Notes under the pieces: model-generated
Databases searched by the model: none
What the model was told of the DNA's origin: nothing
The model's input: the letters and a program-made list of their open reading frames with translations, nothing else
Translations under genes and position numbers: made by a program
Part shown: one piece after another, positions 29,607 to 38,830 of the stretch
Layout of the letters: every line of letters starts with the position of its first letter
Numbering within the stretch: position 1 is the stretch's first letter
Assembly: GCA_964412615.1 (NCBI GenBank)
Contig: CAYPPK010000001.1
Coordinates: 54,983-118,982 of the forward strand
From: an uncultured Candidatus Saccharibacteria bacterium
GTDB lineage: Bacteria; Patescibacteriota; Minisyncoccia; Sungbacterales; HO2-52-23
Length of the DNA: 64,000 bases
Direction: 5' to 3'

Positions 29607-30551
29607 ATGAAGCTTGCCATCCAGGAACAAGTTTCCTTAGCGCCGCACACTATTTATAAAATCGGAGGTCCGGCGCGTTTTTTTGCTGAAATCAAAAATA
29701 CCGAGGAACTGCGGGAGGCAGTTCATTTTGCCCAAACCGGCAATCTGCCTATTTTTATTTTGGGAGCTGGTTCAAATATTTTAATTGCCGATAGCGGTTT
29801 TGCCGGACTGGTGATTCATCTTCGCCAAGGAACAGTAGCGGCGGAAAATAATAAACTGATAGTGGGAGCGGATGTCATGATGGCCCAAGCCGTCCTAAAG
29901 GCGGCAGCCGCCGGACTTAGCGGTTTTGAGTGGGGGATTGGCGTGCCGGGAACTGTCGGCGGATCAGTCCGAGGCAATGCCGGCTGTTTTGGCGGCGAGA
30001 TGAAAGATATAGTGGAGGAAGTTTCAATTTTCAATTTGCAATCGGGAGCAAAGGAAGAATTAAATCGGCAGCAATGCCAATTTGGCTACCGGGATTCTAT
30101 CTTCAAGAAGCATCCGGAATGGTTCATTCTTTCCGTAACTTTAAAATTGCGTCCGGGTGAGGTCAAACAAATCCAGGAGGCAATCAGGCGTATCAGCACG
30201 GAGCGCACCGAAAAACAAGATATTGGAACCAAATCTTGCGGCTGCATTTTCAAAAATGTTGCCTGGAATCGGCCTGACCTCAACAAAAATAAATTGCTGG
30301 AAAAATTTCCTGAACTGCGGAATTTCAAAGATCGGGAGAATATTCCTGCTTCTTTCCTGCTGGATGCGGCGGGACTGAAGGGGAAACAAATAGGAAAAGC
30401 GGCAATTTCTTCCCGGCACGCCAATTTTTTTATCAATGAAGGCGGCGCCACGGCGGAAGAAGTAATAATGCTAATAGCTGCAGCTAAAGAAACAGTGAAG
30501 AGGAAGTTCGGGATTGTTCTGGAAGAGGAAATTCAATATGTAGGTTTCTAA
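29607..30551 (+). CDS. murB: UDP-N-acetylenolpyruvoylglucosamine reductase
   Basis: 314 aa; FAD-binding GAGSN motif, GGSVRGNAGCFG motif, MurB C-terminal domain. Confidence 0.8.
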   Translation: MKLAIQEQVSLAPHTIYKIGGPARFFAEIKNTEELREAVHFAQTGNLPIFILGAGSNILIADSGFAGLVIHLRQGTVAAENNKLIVGADVMMAQAVLKAAAAGLSGFEWGIGVPGTVGGSVRGNAGCFGGEMKDIVEEVSIFNLQSGAKEELNRQQCQFGYRDSIFKKHPEWFILSVTLKLRPGEVKQIQEAIRRISTERTEKQDIGTKSCGCIFKNVAWNRPDLNKNKLLEKFPELRNFKDRENIPASFLLDAAGLKGKQIGKAAISSRHANFFINEGGATAEEVIMLIAAAKETVKRKFGIVLEEEIQYVGF

Positions 30552-30602
30552 CTTTTTGTTTTTTTAGCATTAAAATCTTTGCTTTTCCTAAAATTTTGCA
30601 AA

Positions 30603-30628
30603 ATATCCGCACCGGCGGATATTTTTTG
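30603..30628 (+). terminator. rho-independent terminator after murB
   Basis: ATATCCGC-ACCG-GCGGATAT hairpin + TTTTTT. Confidence 0.65.
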
Positions 30629-30659
30629 TGATGGCAGCGCTAAAATAGTTGACATTTAG

Positions 30660-30688
30660 TTGACAAAGAATGAAAATAAAACTAAAAT
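30660..30688 (+). promoter_or_regulatory. sigma70-like promoter (TTGACA-17-TAAAAT)
   Basis: Consensus -35 (duplicated TTGACA) and -10 with 17-bp spacer, about 35 nt upstream of ATG 30722. Confidence 0.5.
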
Positions 30689-30721
30689 TACTGAGGCTAA
30701 GGTATTTTTAAGAAATTTTGC

Positions 30722-32059
30722 ATGGCAGAACACCCTAACGGCAACGGTTCGGGCAAAAACGGATTTAAAACGCCGCTAAAATTTTTATTTGTATCGCTGG
30801 AAAGTTTAAGCGGCGATCTGGCTTGGACCGTAAAAAAAGAAGGACACGAAGTTAAGGTCTACATTAAAGAAAAAGGCGATGCTGATGTCTATAATGGTTT
30901 TGTAGACAAGGTTAATAAATGGGAAGAGTGGTCTGACTGGGCGGATGTGATAGTTTTTGATGATGTGGAATTCGGCGATATAGCTGAAAAATTGCGGAAA
31001 AAAGGCAAATTAGTGGTGGGAGGGTCTCCTTATACCGACAAACTGGAAATAGATCGCGAATTTGGACAAGCGGAAATGAAAAAATACGGCGTAAATATTT
31101 TGCCCAGCTCCAACTTCACTGCTTATGATGATGCTATCGCCTATATAAAAGAAAACCCTGCTCGTTATGTTTTTAAACCTAGCGGCAACACGCCCTCGGG
31201 GGGAAAAGGACTTCTCTTTATAGGTCAGGAGGAAGACAGTAAAGATTTAGTGGAGCTGCTGGAGCAGAACAAGAATGTCTGGCAGAAAAAAGCCCCTACT
31301 TTTATTCTGCAGAAATTTGTGGCCGGTGTGGAGGTGGCGGTGGGAGCTTATTTTAACGGCAAAAATTTCATTTATCCCATCAATGTCAATTTTGAACACA
31401 AACGGGTGTTCCCGGGTGACATCGGCCCTTTTGCCGGCGAAATGGGCACGCTTTGTTTTTGGAGCGAACCCAATGAATTGTTCCGGGCCACTTTGGGTAA
31501 AATGCTTCCGGCTCTGCAGGAATCTGGTTATGTCGGCTACATAGACATAAACTGCATCGTTAACGGCCGCGGAATTTACCCCCTAGAATTTACTTCCCGC
31601 CTCGGTTATCCGACTATTTTTATGCATTTAGAGGGGATCCAGATGCCGGCAGGAGAGTGGTTCTGGCGAATGGCTAAAGGGGAAGATTTTGAATTAAAGA
31701 CCAAAAAGGGATTTCAAATCGTGGTGCGGATCAGCGTTCCTACCTTTTTTGCTAAAGCCAAGGACCGGGAAACGGTTGAAATGTATCGCGATCTGCCTAT
31801 TCTTTTTAAAAAATCTTCCAATTTAGACGGCATTCATATTGAAGACGTAAAAATAGAAGACGGGGTTTGGCGCATAGCCGGGGAATCGGGCGTAATTTTA
31901 TCCGTTACCGGTTCAGGCACTACGGTTGAGGAAGCTCGCCGTCAGGTTTATGCCCGCGTGCAAAACATCATGCTTCTTAATATGTTTTATCGAACCGATA
32001 TTGGCGCCAAGTGGGGCGAGGATTCGGACAAGTTGCACACCTGGGGCATACTTGATTAA
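30722..32059 (+). CDS. ATP-grasp enzyme of the PurD (phosphoribosylamine-glycine ligase) family
   Basis: 445 aa; alignable to PurD across N, ATP-grasp and C domains (e.g. NFEHKRVFPGDIGPFAGEMG vs PurD SQDHKR..GD.GPNTGGMG). Confidence 0.55.
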   Translation: MAEHPNGNGSGKNGFKTPLKFLFVSLESLSGDLAWTVKKEGHEVKVYIKEKGDADVYNGFVDKVNKWEEWSDWADVIVFDDVEFGDIAEKLRKKGKLVVGGSPYTDKLEIDREFGQAEMKKYGVNILPSSNFTAYDDAIAYIKENPARYVFKPSGNTPSGGKGLLFIGQEEDSKDLVELLEQNKNVWQKKAPTFILQKFVAGVEVAVGAYFNGKNFIYPINVNFEHKRVFPGDIGPFAGEMGTLCFWSEPNELFRATLGKMLPALQESGYVGYIDINCIVNGRGIYPLEFTSRLGYPTIFMHLEGIQMPAGEWFWRMAKGEDFELKTKKGFQIVVRISVPTFFAKAKDRETVEMYRDLPILFKKSSNLDGIHIEDVKIEDGVWRIAGESGVILSVTGSGTTVEEARRQVYARVQNIMLLNMFYRTDIGAKWGEDSDKLHTWGILD

Positions 32060-32067
32060 ATTATATT

Positions 32068-32484
32068 ATGCGCGTCACTATTCGCCAGAAAAATTTAAAA
32101 ATCACTCCCGTTCTGATGCGCTACATTGAGCAGAAAATACTAAAACCAATCCGCCGGCTGCTGAAAGAAAATACCGCTCAAGAATTGCCGATTTTAGACT
32201 TGGAGTTCGGGCGTACAACTCGCCATCATCGCAAAGGAAAGGTATTTCGCGCCCAAGCCAATTTAACCTTGGGAAAGTATTTGCTGAGGGCGGAAGTGGA
32301 TGAGGAGGATATCCGCGCGGCTTGTGATTTGCTGGAAGAGGAATTGGAGGAAGAAATAAGAACTTTCAAAGGCAAGTCTTTCTCTTTGTTAAAACGGCAA
32401 GGACGTTCCATTAAAGGAGAATCTCGTTACCATCCAGCGGCCCGATTTCGCCGCGCCAGCCGGGTGCGCCAAGAAGGCCGGTAA
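32068..32484 (+). CDS. hpf: ribosome hibernation promoting factor / RaiA family (sigma-54 modulation protein S30EA)
   Basis: 138 aa; N-terminal V.I.QKNL.ITP.L..YIE.K pattern typical of HPF/YfiA. Confidence 0.6.
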   Translation: MRVTIRQKNLKITPVLMRYIEQKILKPIRRLLKENTAQELPILDLEFGRTTRHHRKGKVFRAQANLTLGKYLLRAEVDEEDIRAACDLLEEELEEEIRTFKGKSFSLLKRQGRSIKGESRYHPAARFRRASRVRQEGR

Positions 32485-32556
32485 AGCTCTTATCCACAGT
32501 GCAGAAAAAATTTTTTGCTTCTATACTTATGGCAGAACCTTGTGGGAGGATAAGCC

Positions 32557-32940
32557 ATGCAAGCACTTGGCCAGCACTTGCTTTTAGAATTGTTTGATTG
32601 CGATCCGAGTTCAATCAATAACTTAACCGAAATAAAAGCAATTTTAGTGGAAGCCGCCAAACGGGCGCGAGCCACCATTGTTGATTTAGTCTTTCATGAG
32701 TTTAATCCTTTTGGGATCAGCGGAATAGTTATAATTGCCGAATCTCACCTCTCCGTGCATACTTGGCCGGAGTATCGCTATGCGGCTGCAGATATTTTCT
32801 CGTGCGGAAAAAATATGCAGGTAGAAATCGCGGCTGATTATATAATCACGGAATTTAAACCAGGACGAGTTAGCATAGTAAAATTTCCACGCGGAACTTT
32901 TATGGATTTGCCTGCTCAAAAACAGGCGATTCATTCCTAA
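32557..32940 (+). CDS. speH: S-adenosylmethionine decarboxylase proenzyme, class 1B
   Basis: 127 aa; conserved ESHLSVHTWPE self-processing serine motif; GGGAGGA RBS upstream. Confidence 0.75.
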   Translation: MQALGQHLLLELFDCDPSSINNLTEIKAILVEAAKRARATIVDLVFHEFNPFGISGIVIIAESHLSVHTWPEYRYAAADIFSCGKNMQVEIAADYIITEFKPGRVSIVKFPRGTFMDLPAQKQAIHS

Positions 32941-32941
32941 T

Positions 32942-32968
32942 TCAGCCCTTCCGGGGCTGATTTAAATT
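32942..32968 (+). terminator. rho-independent terminator after speH
   Basis: TCAGCCC-TTCC-GGGGCTGA hairpin + TTTAAATT. Confidence 0.55.
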
Positions 32969-33054
32969 AAAAAAACCAGCTTGGTGTTGAGGTGGTTTCT
33001 GCCCATTGTTTTTCTCTTTAAAAAAGGCGGAATTTGTGCTACACTAATCCCGAC

Positions 33055-35805
33055 GTGTCAATCTTCGGGAAAATTTTTGGGGATGCCAACGAGCGCTATG
33101 TAAAATCGCTGGAATCGGTAGTGGAGGAAATAAATCGCCTGGAAGCTGAATTTACTAAACTTTCTGATGAGGAATTAAAAAATAAAACCCCCGAATTTAA
33201 AAGCCGCCTGCAGGCCGGGGAAGAATTAGATCAAATTCTACCAGAAGCTTTTGCGGCGGTGCGGGAGGCGGGCAAACGCACTTTGGGTCTGCGGCATTTT
33301 GACGTGCAATTGGTCGGCGGCGTGGTTTTACATCAGGGTAAAATCGCCGAGATGAAAACCGGGGAAGGAAAGACCCTGGTGGCCACTCTTCCTTTATATT
33401 TAAATTCTCTTGAGGGCTCGGGAGCGCATCTGGTTACCCCCAACGACTATCTTTCCCGCATTGGCGCGGGCTGGATGGGCCCTTTGTATCACGCGCTTGG
33501 CGTATCAGTGGGGGTGGTGTCGCACGAATGGTCCGGTATTTATGATTCTGATTACACTGATCCTGCTCCGCATGGAGACGAGCGACTTTTGCATTTCCGG
33601 CCGGTTTCGCGTAAAGAGGCCTATCACGCGGATATTACCTATGGAACCAATAATGAATTTGGTTTTGACTATCTGCGCGATAATCTTGAATATCTGCCTG
33701 ATGCTTTGCGTCAGCGAGAACATCATTTTGCCATTGTGGATGAAGTTGACTCTATTTTGATTGATGAAGCGCGGACTCCTTTAATTATTTCCATGCCGGA
33801 TGCTGACTCCGCGGATCTATACAACGTATTTGCCCGCCTTACTCCCCAGCTGAAAGAAGGAGCTGATTACAATGTGGATGAAAAAATGAGAGCTGTTTCC
33901 ATCACCGAAGAAGGGATAAATAAGATAGAGAAGATTTTAAACGTTGATAATATTTACGAAGAAAAAGGAATTAGTTTTGTCCGGCACCTGGAGCAAGCCC
34001 TGCGGGCGCAAGCCCTTTTTCATCGCGACAAGGACTATGTAGTTAAAAACGGCGAAGTAATTATTGTGGATGAATTTACCGGGCGGCTCATGCCGGGACG
34101 CAGATGGTCCGAGGGCTTGCACCAGGCAGTAGAAGCCAAGGAAGGAGTGGAAATTCAAAAAGAATCCAGGACGCTGGCCACCATAACTTTTCAAAATTAT
34201 TTCCGCATGTATGAAAAGTTGGCGGGCATGACCGGAACCGCGCAAACCTCCGCCGAAGAATTTCATAAAGTATATAAATTGGACGTTATCACCATTCCCA
34301 CCCATCGGCCCATGATCCGAAAAGACAAAGCCGATCTGATATTTCGGACAACCAAAGGCAAGTTTCAGGCAGTGGCGCGGGAAGTGAAAGAACGGCATCA
34401 AAAAGGCCAGCCGGTTTTAATCGGCACGGTTTCCATTGAAAAAAATGAACTTCTTTCCAAAATTTTGGAGATGGAGGGAGTTAGGCATGAAGTGCTGAAT
34501 GCCAAAAACCATGAACGAGAAGCGCTGATCATTGCCCAAGCCGGCCGCCAAGGCGCGGTTACGGTTGCCACCAACATGGCCGGCAGAGGAGTGGACATTA
34601 TCCTCGGAGGAACGGCCTCCGAGGAGGATAAAATTCAAAAGACCCCACACCAGAACAAGTTCGGGATGGGGCAGGTAAAAGATAAAAATGCCGACGGAGA
34701 CGAGGTCAGGGCATTAGGAGGCCTGCATGTCATTGGAACCGAGCGGCATGAAGCGCGGCGAATTGACAACCAGCTTCGGGGCCGCGCCGGAAGACAAGGA
34801 GATCCCGGCTCTTCGCAATTTTTCGTTTCCATGGAAGATGACCTGATGCGTATTTTCGGCTCGGACAAAATAAAGCGCATGATGGAAACACTCGGCCTGC
34901 CGGAGGACCAGCCGATTGAAAATAAAATGGTGTCCCGGGCCATTGAAGCATCCCAAGCCAAGATTGAGGGCTTTCATTTTGACAGCCGCAAGCATGTGCT
35001 GGAATTTGATGATGTTTTAAATAAACAAAGGGACTCCATTTATAAAATGAGAAAGGAAATTCTCTTTGCCGGTGATCAGGCAGTTCTAAAAGAGAAAATT
35101 TTTAGGATGTTTGAAGAGGAAATCGCGAGATTGGTTGAATTTCATACCCAAGCAAATGCGGCGGAAGAATGGAATCATGAGGAAATTTTTGAAACGATCA
35201 AGGCCATGTCCGGCGTCTCTGATGAAGTGCACCAGAAATTGCGCGATATTGCTAGCGCGGATTCGGAAGACCAAAGAACGGAAATGGAGCAATATCTTCT
35301 GGATACTCTTAAGAATCTTTATGAAGAAAGAGAAAATAAAATCGGCTCTCAAGGCATGCGGAATATTGAACGCGCGGTAATGCTTAGAGCCATAGATATG
35401 CTTTGGATGGATCATCTGGACCAGATGGAGCATTTGCGCGATTCCGTGCGTCTGCGCGCTTACGGCCAGCGTGATCCTTTGGTAGAGTATAAGCACGAGG
35501 GGGCAAAACTTTTTCGCGAATTACAAGCCGCCATCCGCAGCCAAATTGTCAGCTCCATCTTTAAAATCGGCGGTGCTCCGGAGGCTGATACTCCTAGGAA
35601 AGTTGAAGAGCGAAAACCCGAAACTGCTGAAATTATGAATAAGGAATTGGGAATTAGGGAAGCGGTTACTGCTAATCAGCATAGCAAACAACCTGAACCC
35701 GAAATAGGCAGAAATGAGTTATGCCCTTGCGGGTCAGGTAGAAAATACAAACGCTGCGGACTTTTGGAAACAGAGGAGCATAAGAGATTTGTGGCACGAA
35801 AATAA
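33055..35805 (+). CDS. secA: preprotein translocase ATPase SecA
   Basis: GTG start at 33055 gives canonical (M)SIFGKIFGDANER N-terminus; DEAD-like motor motifs; C-terminal CPCGSGRKYKRC zinc-binding tail. Confidence 0.9.
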   Translation: MSIFGKIFGDANERYVKSLESVVEEINRLEAEFTKLSDEELKNKTPEFKSRLQAGEELDQILPEAFAAVREAGKRTLGLRHFDVQLVGGVVLHQGKIAEMKTGEGKTLVATLPLYLNSLEGSGAHLVTPNDYLSRIGAGWMGPLYHALGVSVGVVSHEWSGIYDSDYTDPAPHGDERLLHFRPVSRKEAYHADITYGTNNEFGFDYLRDNLEYLPDALRQREHHFAIVDEVDSILIDEARTPLIISMPDADSADLYNVFARLTPQLKEGADYNVDEKMRAVSITEEGINKIEKILNVDNIYEEKGISFVRHLEQALRAQALFHRDKDYVVKNGEVIIVDEFTGRLMPGRRWSEGLHQAVEAKEGVEIQKESRTLATITFQNYFRMYEKLAGMTGTAQTSAEEFHKVYKLDVITIPTHRPMIRKDKADLIFRTTKGKFQAVAREVKERHQKGQPVLIGTVSIEKNELLSKILEMEGVRHEVLNAKNHEREALIIAQAGRQGAVTVATNMAGRGVDIILGGTASEEDKIQKTPHQNKFGMGQVKDKNADGDEVRALGGLHVIGTERHEARRIDNQLRGRAGRQGDPGSSQFFVSMEDDLMRIFGSDKIKRMMETLGLPEDQPIENKMVSRAIEASQAKIEGFHFDSRKHVLEFDDVLNKQRDSIYKMRKEILFAGDQAVLKEKIFRMFEEEIARLVEFHTQANAAEEWNHEEIFETIKAMSGVSDEVHQKLRDIASADSEDQRTEMEQYLLDTLKNLYEERENKIGSQGMRNIERAVMLRAIDMLWMDHLDQMEHLRDSVRLRAYGQRDPLVEYKHEGAKLFRELQAAIRSQIVSSIFKIGGAPEADTPRKVEERKPETAEIMNKELGIREAVTANQHSKQPEPEIGRNELCPCGSGRKYKRCGLLETEEHKRFVARK

Positions 35806-35807
35806 TT

Positions 35808-36212
35808 ATGCTTCTTATAAAAACAAAACTTAAAGAGAGTAGTATTCACGGCATCGGCTTATTTGCCGATGAATTTATACCTAAAGGAACGAAAATCTGG
35901 AAATTCATGCCGGGATTCGATCTTGCTTTTACTCCAAGAGAATTGCAAAAATTTCCTGAAACAGCAAGAAAATTTATTCATTGGTATGGCTATAGAAGTT
36001 TACATAGTGGACGATATATCTTGTGTGCCGATGATGCTCGGTTCTATAATCATCACGAAATTCCTAATACTATCGGCATAGATTTAGAAGGAACCGAAGA
36101 GGAGGGAGCGGATATCGCAGTACGAGATATACAAAAAGGTGAAGAGATAACATATAACTACAAAGATCCAAAAGAAGGAGATGCGGATTGGAAAATAAAG
36201 CTTTCCCGCTGA
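35808..36212 (+). CDS. SET-domain protein (putative lysine methyltransferase)
   Basis: 134 aa; GIGLFA, RFYNHHEIPN (NHSCxPN-like) and GEEITYNY (ELTxDY-like) SET motifs. Confidence 0.6.
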   Translation: MLLIKTKLKESSIHGIGLFADEFIPKGTKIWKFMPGFDLAFTPRELQKFPETARKFIHWYGYRSLHSGRYILCADDARFYNHHEIPNTIGIDLEGTEEEGADIAVRDIQKGEEITYNYKDPKEGDADWKIKLSR

Positions 36213-36251
36213 GTATGCCCGAAACCATCTGTATCATACGTCAAAAATCCT

Positions 36252-36647
36252 ATGGGCAATAATTATCAAGGCGCAATAATTGAAGAAAGCTTGGAAGATA
36301 AAAATATCTTGAAAGATATGCGGATTTTAAATACGAAAGTTGAAAAGGTGACCGAAGAACATAAAACCCCCTGGATTGAACAATGGACTTTGCACACCGT
36401 GGAGATTCCGGCAGAGAAAGCCCTAGTAGTAGCAGAAAAAATCAGCAGGTCGCTTGATTCAAAACACGCCTGGTATGCCGATTTCAAAAATGATCACTAC
36501 CACTACATTATTTTCCGTGACAAGGTTTTTTTCGTTGATCGGCAAAGCAAGGAGCAATACGATAAAGCAAGCCAATACGGGATTTCTCTCGGTATCCCAG
36601 AATATCAGGTTGATTTTCATCCCGAGGTAAAAGGATGGGAGAGGTGA
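36252..36647 (+). CDS. hypothetical protein
   Basis: 131-aa ORF, no recognised family. Confidence 0.3.
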   Translation: MGNNYQGAIIEESLEDKNILKDMRILNTKVEKVTEEHKTPWIEQWTLHTVEIPAEKALVVAEKISRSLDSKHAWYADFKNDHYHYIIFRDKVFFVDRQSKEQYDKASQYGISLGIPEYQVDFHPEVKGWER

Positions 36648-36650
36648 TTT

Positions 36651-36953
36651 ATGAAATATAACAAACTCGTTCGCGACAAAATCCCGGAGTACATTCGGAG
36701 CAAAGGAGGACACCCGGTAACCCATATTGCGGATAAGATGGAATATTGGGAAAAATTGAAAGAAAAGTTGCTGGAAGAAATTGAGGAGTTTAGGAAAGAC
36801 GAAAGTCCCGAGGAATTTGCCGATATTCTTGAAGTAATTGATGCAATAGCTGAATATAAAAAATTTGATATGAACGAAGTAAAAGAAATAAAAGAAAAGA
36901 AAGCCAAAGAACGAGGAAAATTTAAGGGTCGCATTATACTGGATGAATCTTGA
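36651..36953 (+). CDS. MazG-like nucleoside triphosphate pyrophosphohydrolase domain protein
   Basis: 100 aa; KLVRDKIPE ... EE.EE..E ... E.ADILEVI pattern of all-alpha NTP-PPase (MazG/PRA-PH) family. Confidence 0.5.
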   Translation: MKYNKLVRDKIPEYIRSKGGHPVTHIADKMEYWEKLKEKLLEEIEEFRKDESPEEFADILEVIDAIAEYKKFDMNEVKEIKEKKAKERGKFKGRIILDES

Positions 36954-37016
36954 TCGCGCGTACCGGAACGAAAAAAATTCAAAGGTCGGTTTATATTTAA
37001 TAACTTTAGCAAAGCT

Positions 37017-37403
37017 ATGGAAATTATTTTACTTATAGGAAGAATTCTTTTCGGCGGGTTTTTTGTAATGAATGGGATAAATCATCTTGTGAAGTCAGAC
37101 ATGCTTACTGTTTATGCCCAGTCCAAGGGCGTTCCCGCTGCCAAAGTCACAGTTCTATTAACCGGCCTTTTGATTCTTTTCGGGGGACTGGGCGTGATCT
37201 TGGGCGTATGGATTGAGTGGGCGGTTTTGGCACTGGTTATTTTTCTGGTCGGTGTTTCTTTCAAGATGCACAACTACTGGGCGGATCAGGATCCGAACAT
37301 GAAGATGGCTAATATGGTGAATTTCACCAAAAATATGGCCCTGGCCGGAGCATCTTTGATGCTGCTTGCTGTTCCTACTCCCTGGCCTTACAGCTTGTTT
37401 TAG
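37017..37403 (+). CDS. DoxX-family membrane protein
   Basis: 128 aa, 4 TM helices, RILFGG..V.NG motif. Confidence 0.55.
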   Translation: MEIILLIGRILFGGFFVMNGINHLVKSDMLTVYAQSKGVPAAKVTVLLTGLLILFGGLGVILGVWIEWAVLALVIFLVGVSFKMHNYWADQDPNMKMANMVNFTKNMALAGASLMLLAVPTPWPYSLF

Positions 37404-37542
37404 CAAGTATTGCGCCGATTTTGAGGCAGGGGTAAACCCCTCCCTTAATTTTGTGCAGTATTTTCCCAACGGTAAAGACAATAAAACTATCAGGGCAAAG
37501 GAACGGATAAGCGCCTTGCCCCAAGGTTAAGGCAGGGGTAAA

Positions 37543-37572
37543 GTTGAAGCAAGAAGCAGCTTCAACTTTTTT
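37543..37572 (+). terminator. intrinsic terminator-like hairpin (GTTGAAGC-8nt-GCTTCAAC + TTTTTT)
   Basis: Perfect 8-bp stem and T6; ends 6 nt before ATG of UDG gene; intergenic region also has duplicated GGCAGGGGTAAA motif (37428, 37534). Confidence 0.5.
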
Positions 37573-37578
37573 CATATT

Positions 37579-38190
37579 ATGTCTGCGGAAACAAGCGACA
37601 ACCGAACCGAGCAACTGCGGCAGATTAAAGAAGAGGTGATTAATTTCAAAGAATCGCCGCTTTACCAAGAGCGGATACGGAATAAAGTGTTTCCGGTGAT
37701 CGGGGAGGGCAATCATTATGCCCAAATCATGTTTGTGGGCGAGGCGCCGGGCAGGGTGGAGGCCGCGACCGGTCGGCCTTTTTCCGGCCCTGCCGGAAAA
37801 ATCCTGGATGATCTCCTGAAGCAAATCGGGATTGAGCGCCAAGACGTCTATATAACTAACGTGGTAAAGGATAGGCCGCCTAATAATCGGGATCCGTTTC
37901 CGGATGAGATTGCGCTTTATGCGGCTTTTCTTGATCGGCAGATTGAGATTATACAGCCAAAAATAATTGTGGCTCTGGGGCGCCATTCCATGAAATATCT
38001 TTTGCAGAAGTTTGGGCTTCCTTTGGCGCAATCCATAAGTAAAATTCATGGCCAGGTTTTTGAAGCGGAAACAAAATACGGGAAAATAAAATTCATGCCT
38101 TCCTTTCATCCGGCTACCGTGCTTTATAATCCGGAAGCAAGAAAAGAATTGGAGGAAGATTTCCAAACTCTTAAGAAGTTGCTTGCCTAA
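37579..38190 (+). CDS. udg: uracil-DNA glycosylase, family 4
   Basis: 203 aa; GEAPG..E...G.PF.G.AG..L motif A and HPA motif B region of family-4 UDG. Confidence 0.75.
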   Translation: MSAETSDNRTEQLRQIKEEVINFKESPLYQERIRNKVFPVIGEGNHYAQIMFVGEAPGRVEAATGRPFSGPAGKILDDLLKQIGIERQDVYITNVVKDRPPNNRDPFPDEIALYAAFLDRQIEIIQPKIIVALGRHSMKYLLQKFGLPLAQSISKIHGQVFEAETKYGKIKFMPSFHPATVLYNPEARKELEEDFQTLKKLLA

Positions 38191-38242
38191 TTTTTAGGAT
38201 AGGTTTAATATTTCCGCAGATAGTTCACATAGAGGAAAAGCC

Positions 38243-38524
38243 ATGGTGAGAGAGGTTTCTTCAGGCGGATTTGAGGTAAAGCCCAATGAACACGCCTTTG
38301 CGGTTAGAAAAAAGGCAAATAACGGCCATACTCCTGGACGAAATCCACAGGTAAGGGCACAGAAGCGGAATAATACCCGGTTGCTACTGCTGGCGATCCT
38401 AGCTGCCCTAATTGTCTATTTCCTCTTTTTTCCCGATGCCGCCAGCAATAAAATCATCACTCCCGATCCTTTAGTATCGCCTTTTTGGCATAGAATTATT
38501 GAAATACTTATGCCCAGAACATAG
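38243..38524 (+). CDS. hypothetical small membrane protein
   Basis: 93 aa, single TM helix; followed by terminator at 38527..38554 (GGTGCTTC-ACCG-GAAGCATC + T7). Confidence 0.3.
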   Translation: MVREVSSGGFEVKPNEHAFAVRKKANNGHTPGRNPQVRAQKRNNTRLLLLAILAALIVYFLFFPDAASNKIITPDPLVSPFWHRIIEILMPRT

Positions 38525-38626
38525 CGGGTGCTTCACCGGAAGCATCCTTTTTTTGCGGGGCGGAAAACTTGGTTTGCTTTTATTGAGTTATCCTGTTAGA
38601 GTAAGAAAATAAAATTAAATAATAAT

Positions 38627-38818
38627 TTATCAAGAGTGCGGGCGCTCCGACACGAGGTTGGAGCGGAGGAACTGGCCTCTCAATCCGCCGACAACTTGCC
38701 ATCGATATTAATGGTAAAGTGCCAAATCCAGCCTTGTCCGCCGGAGCTTTAGCGAATGGCGGGCCGCAAGGAGAGATAAGTGTTGTCGCCTCTTCTTGCC
38801 GAAGGCGATTATTTTTTT
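38627..38818 (+). promoter_or_regulatory. SAM-I (S-box) riboswitch with intrinsic-terminator expression platform, 5' leader of metK
   Basis: UUAUCAAGAG...GGAGGAACUGGCC...GCCGACAAC...GGUAAAGUGCCAAAUCCAGCC...AAGGAGAGAUAAG matches SAM-I consensus (P1-P4, kink-turn); followed by GTCGCCT...AGGCGA hairpin + TATTTTTTT at 38783..38818. Confidence 0.85.
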
Positions 38819-38830
38819 AACTTTAAAATT

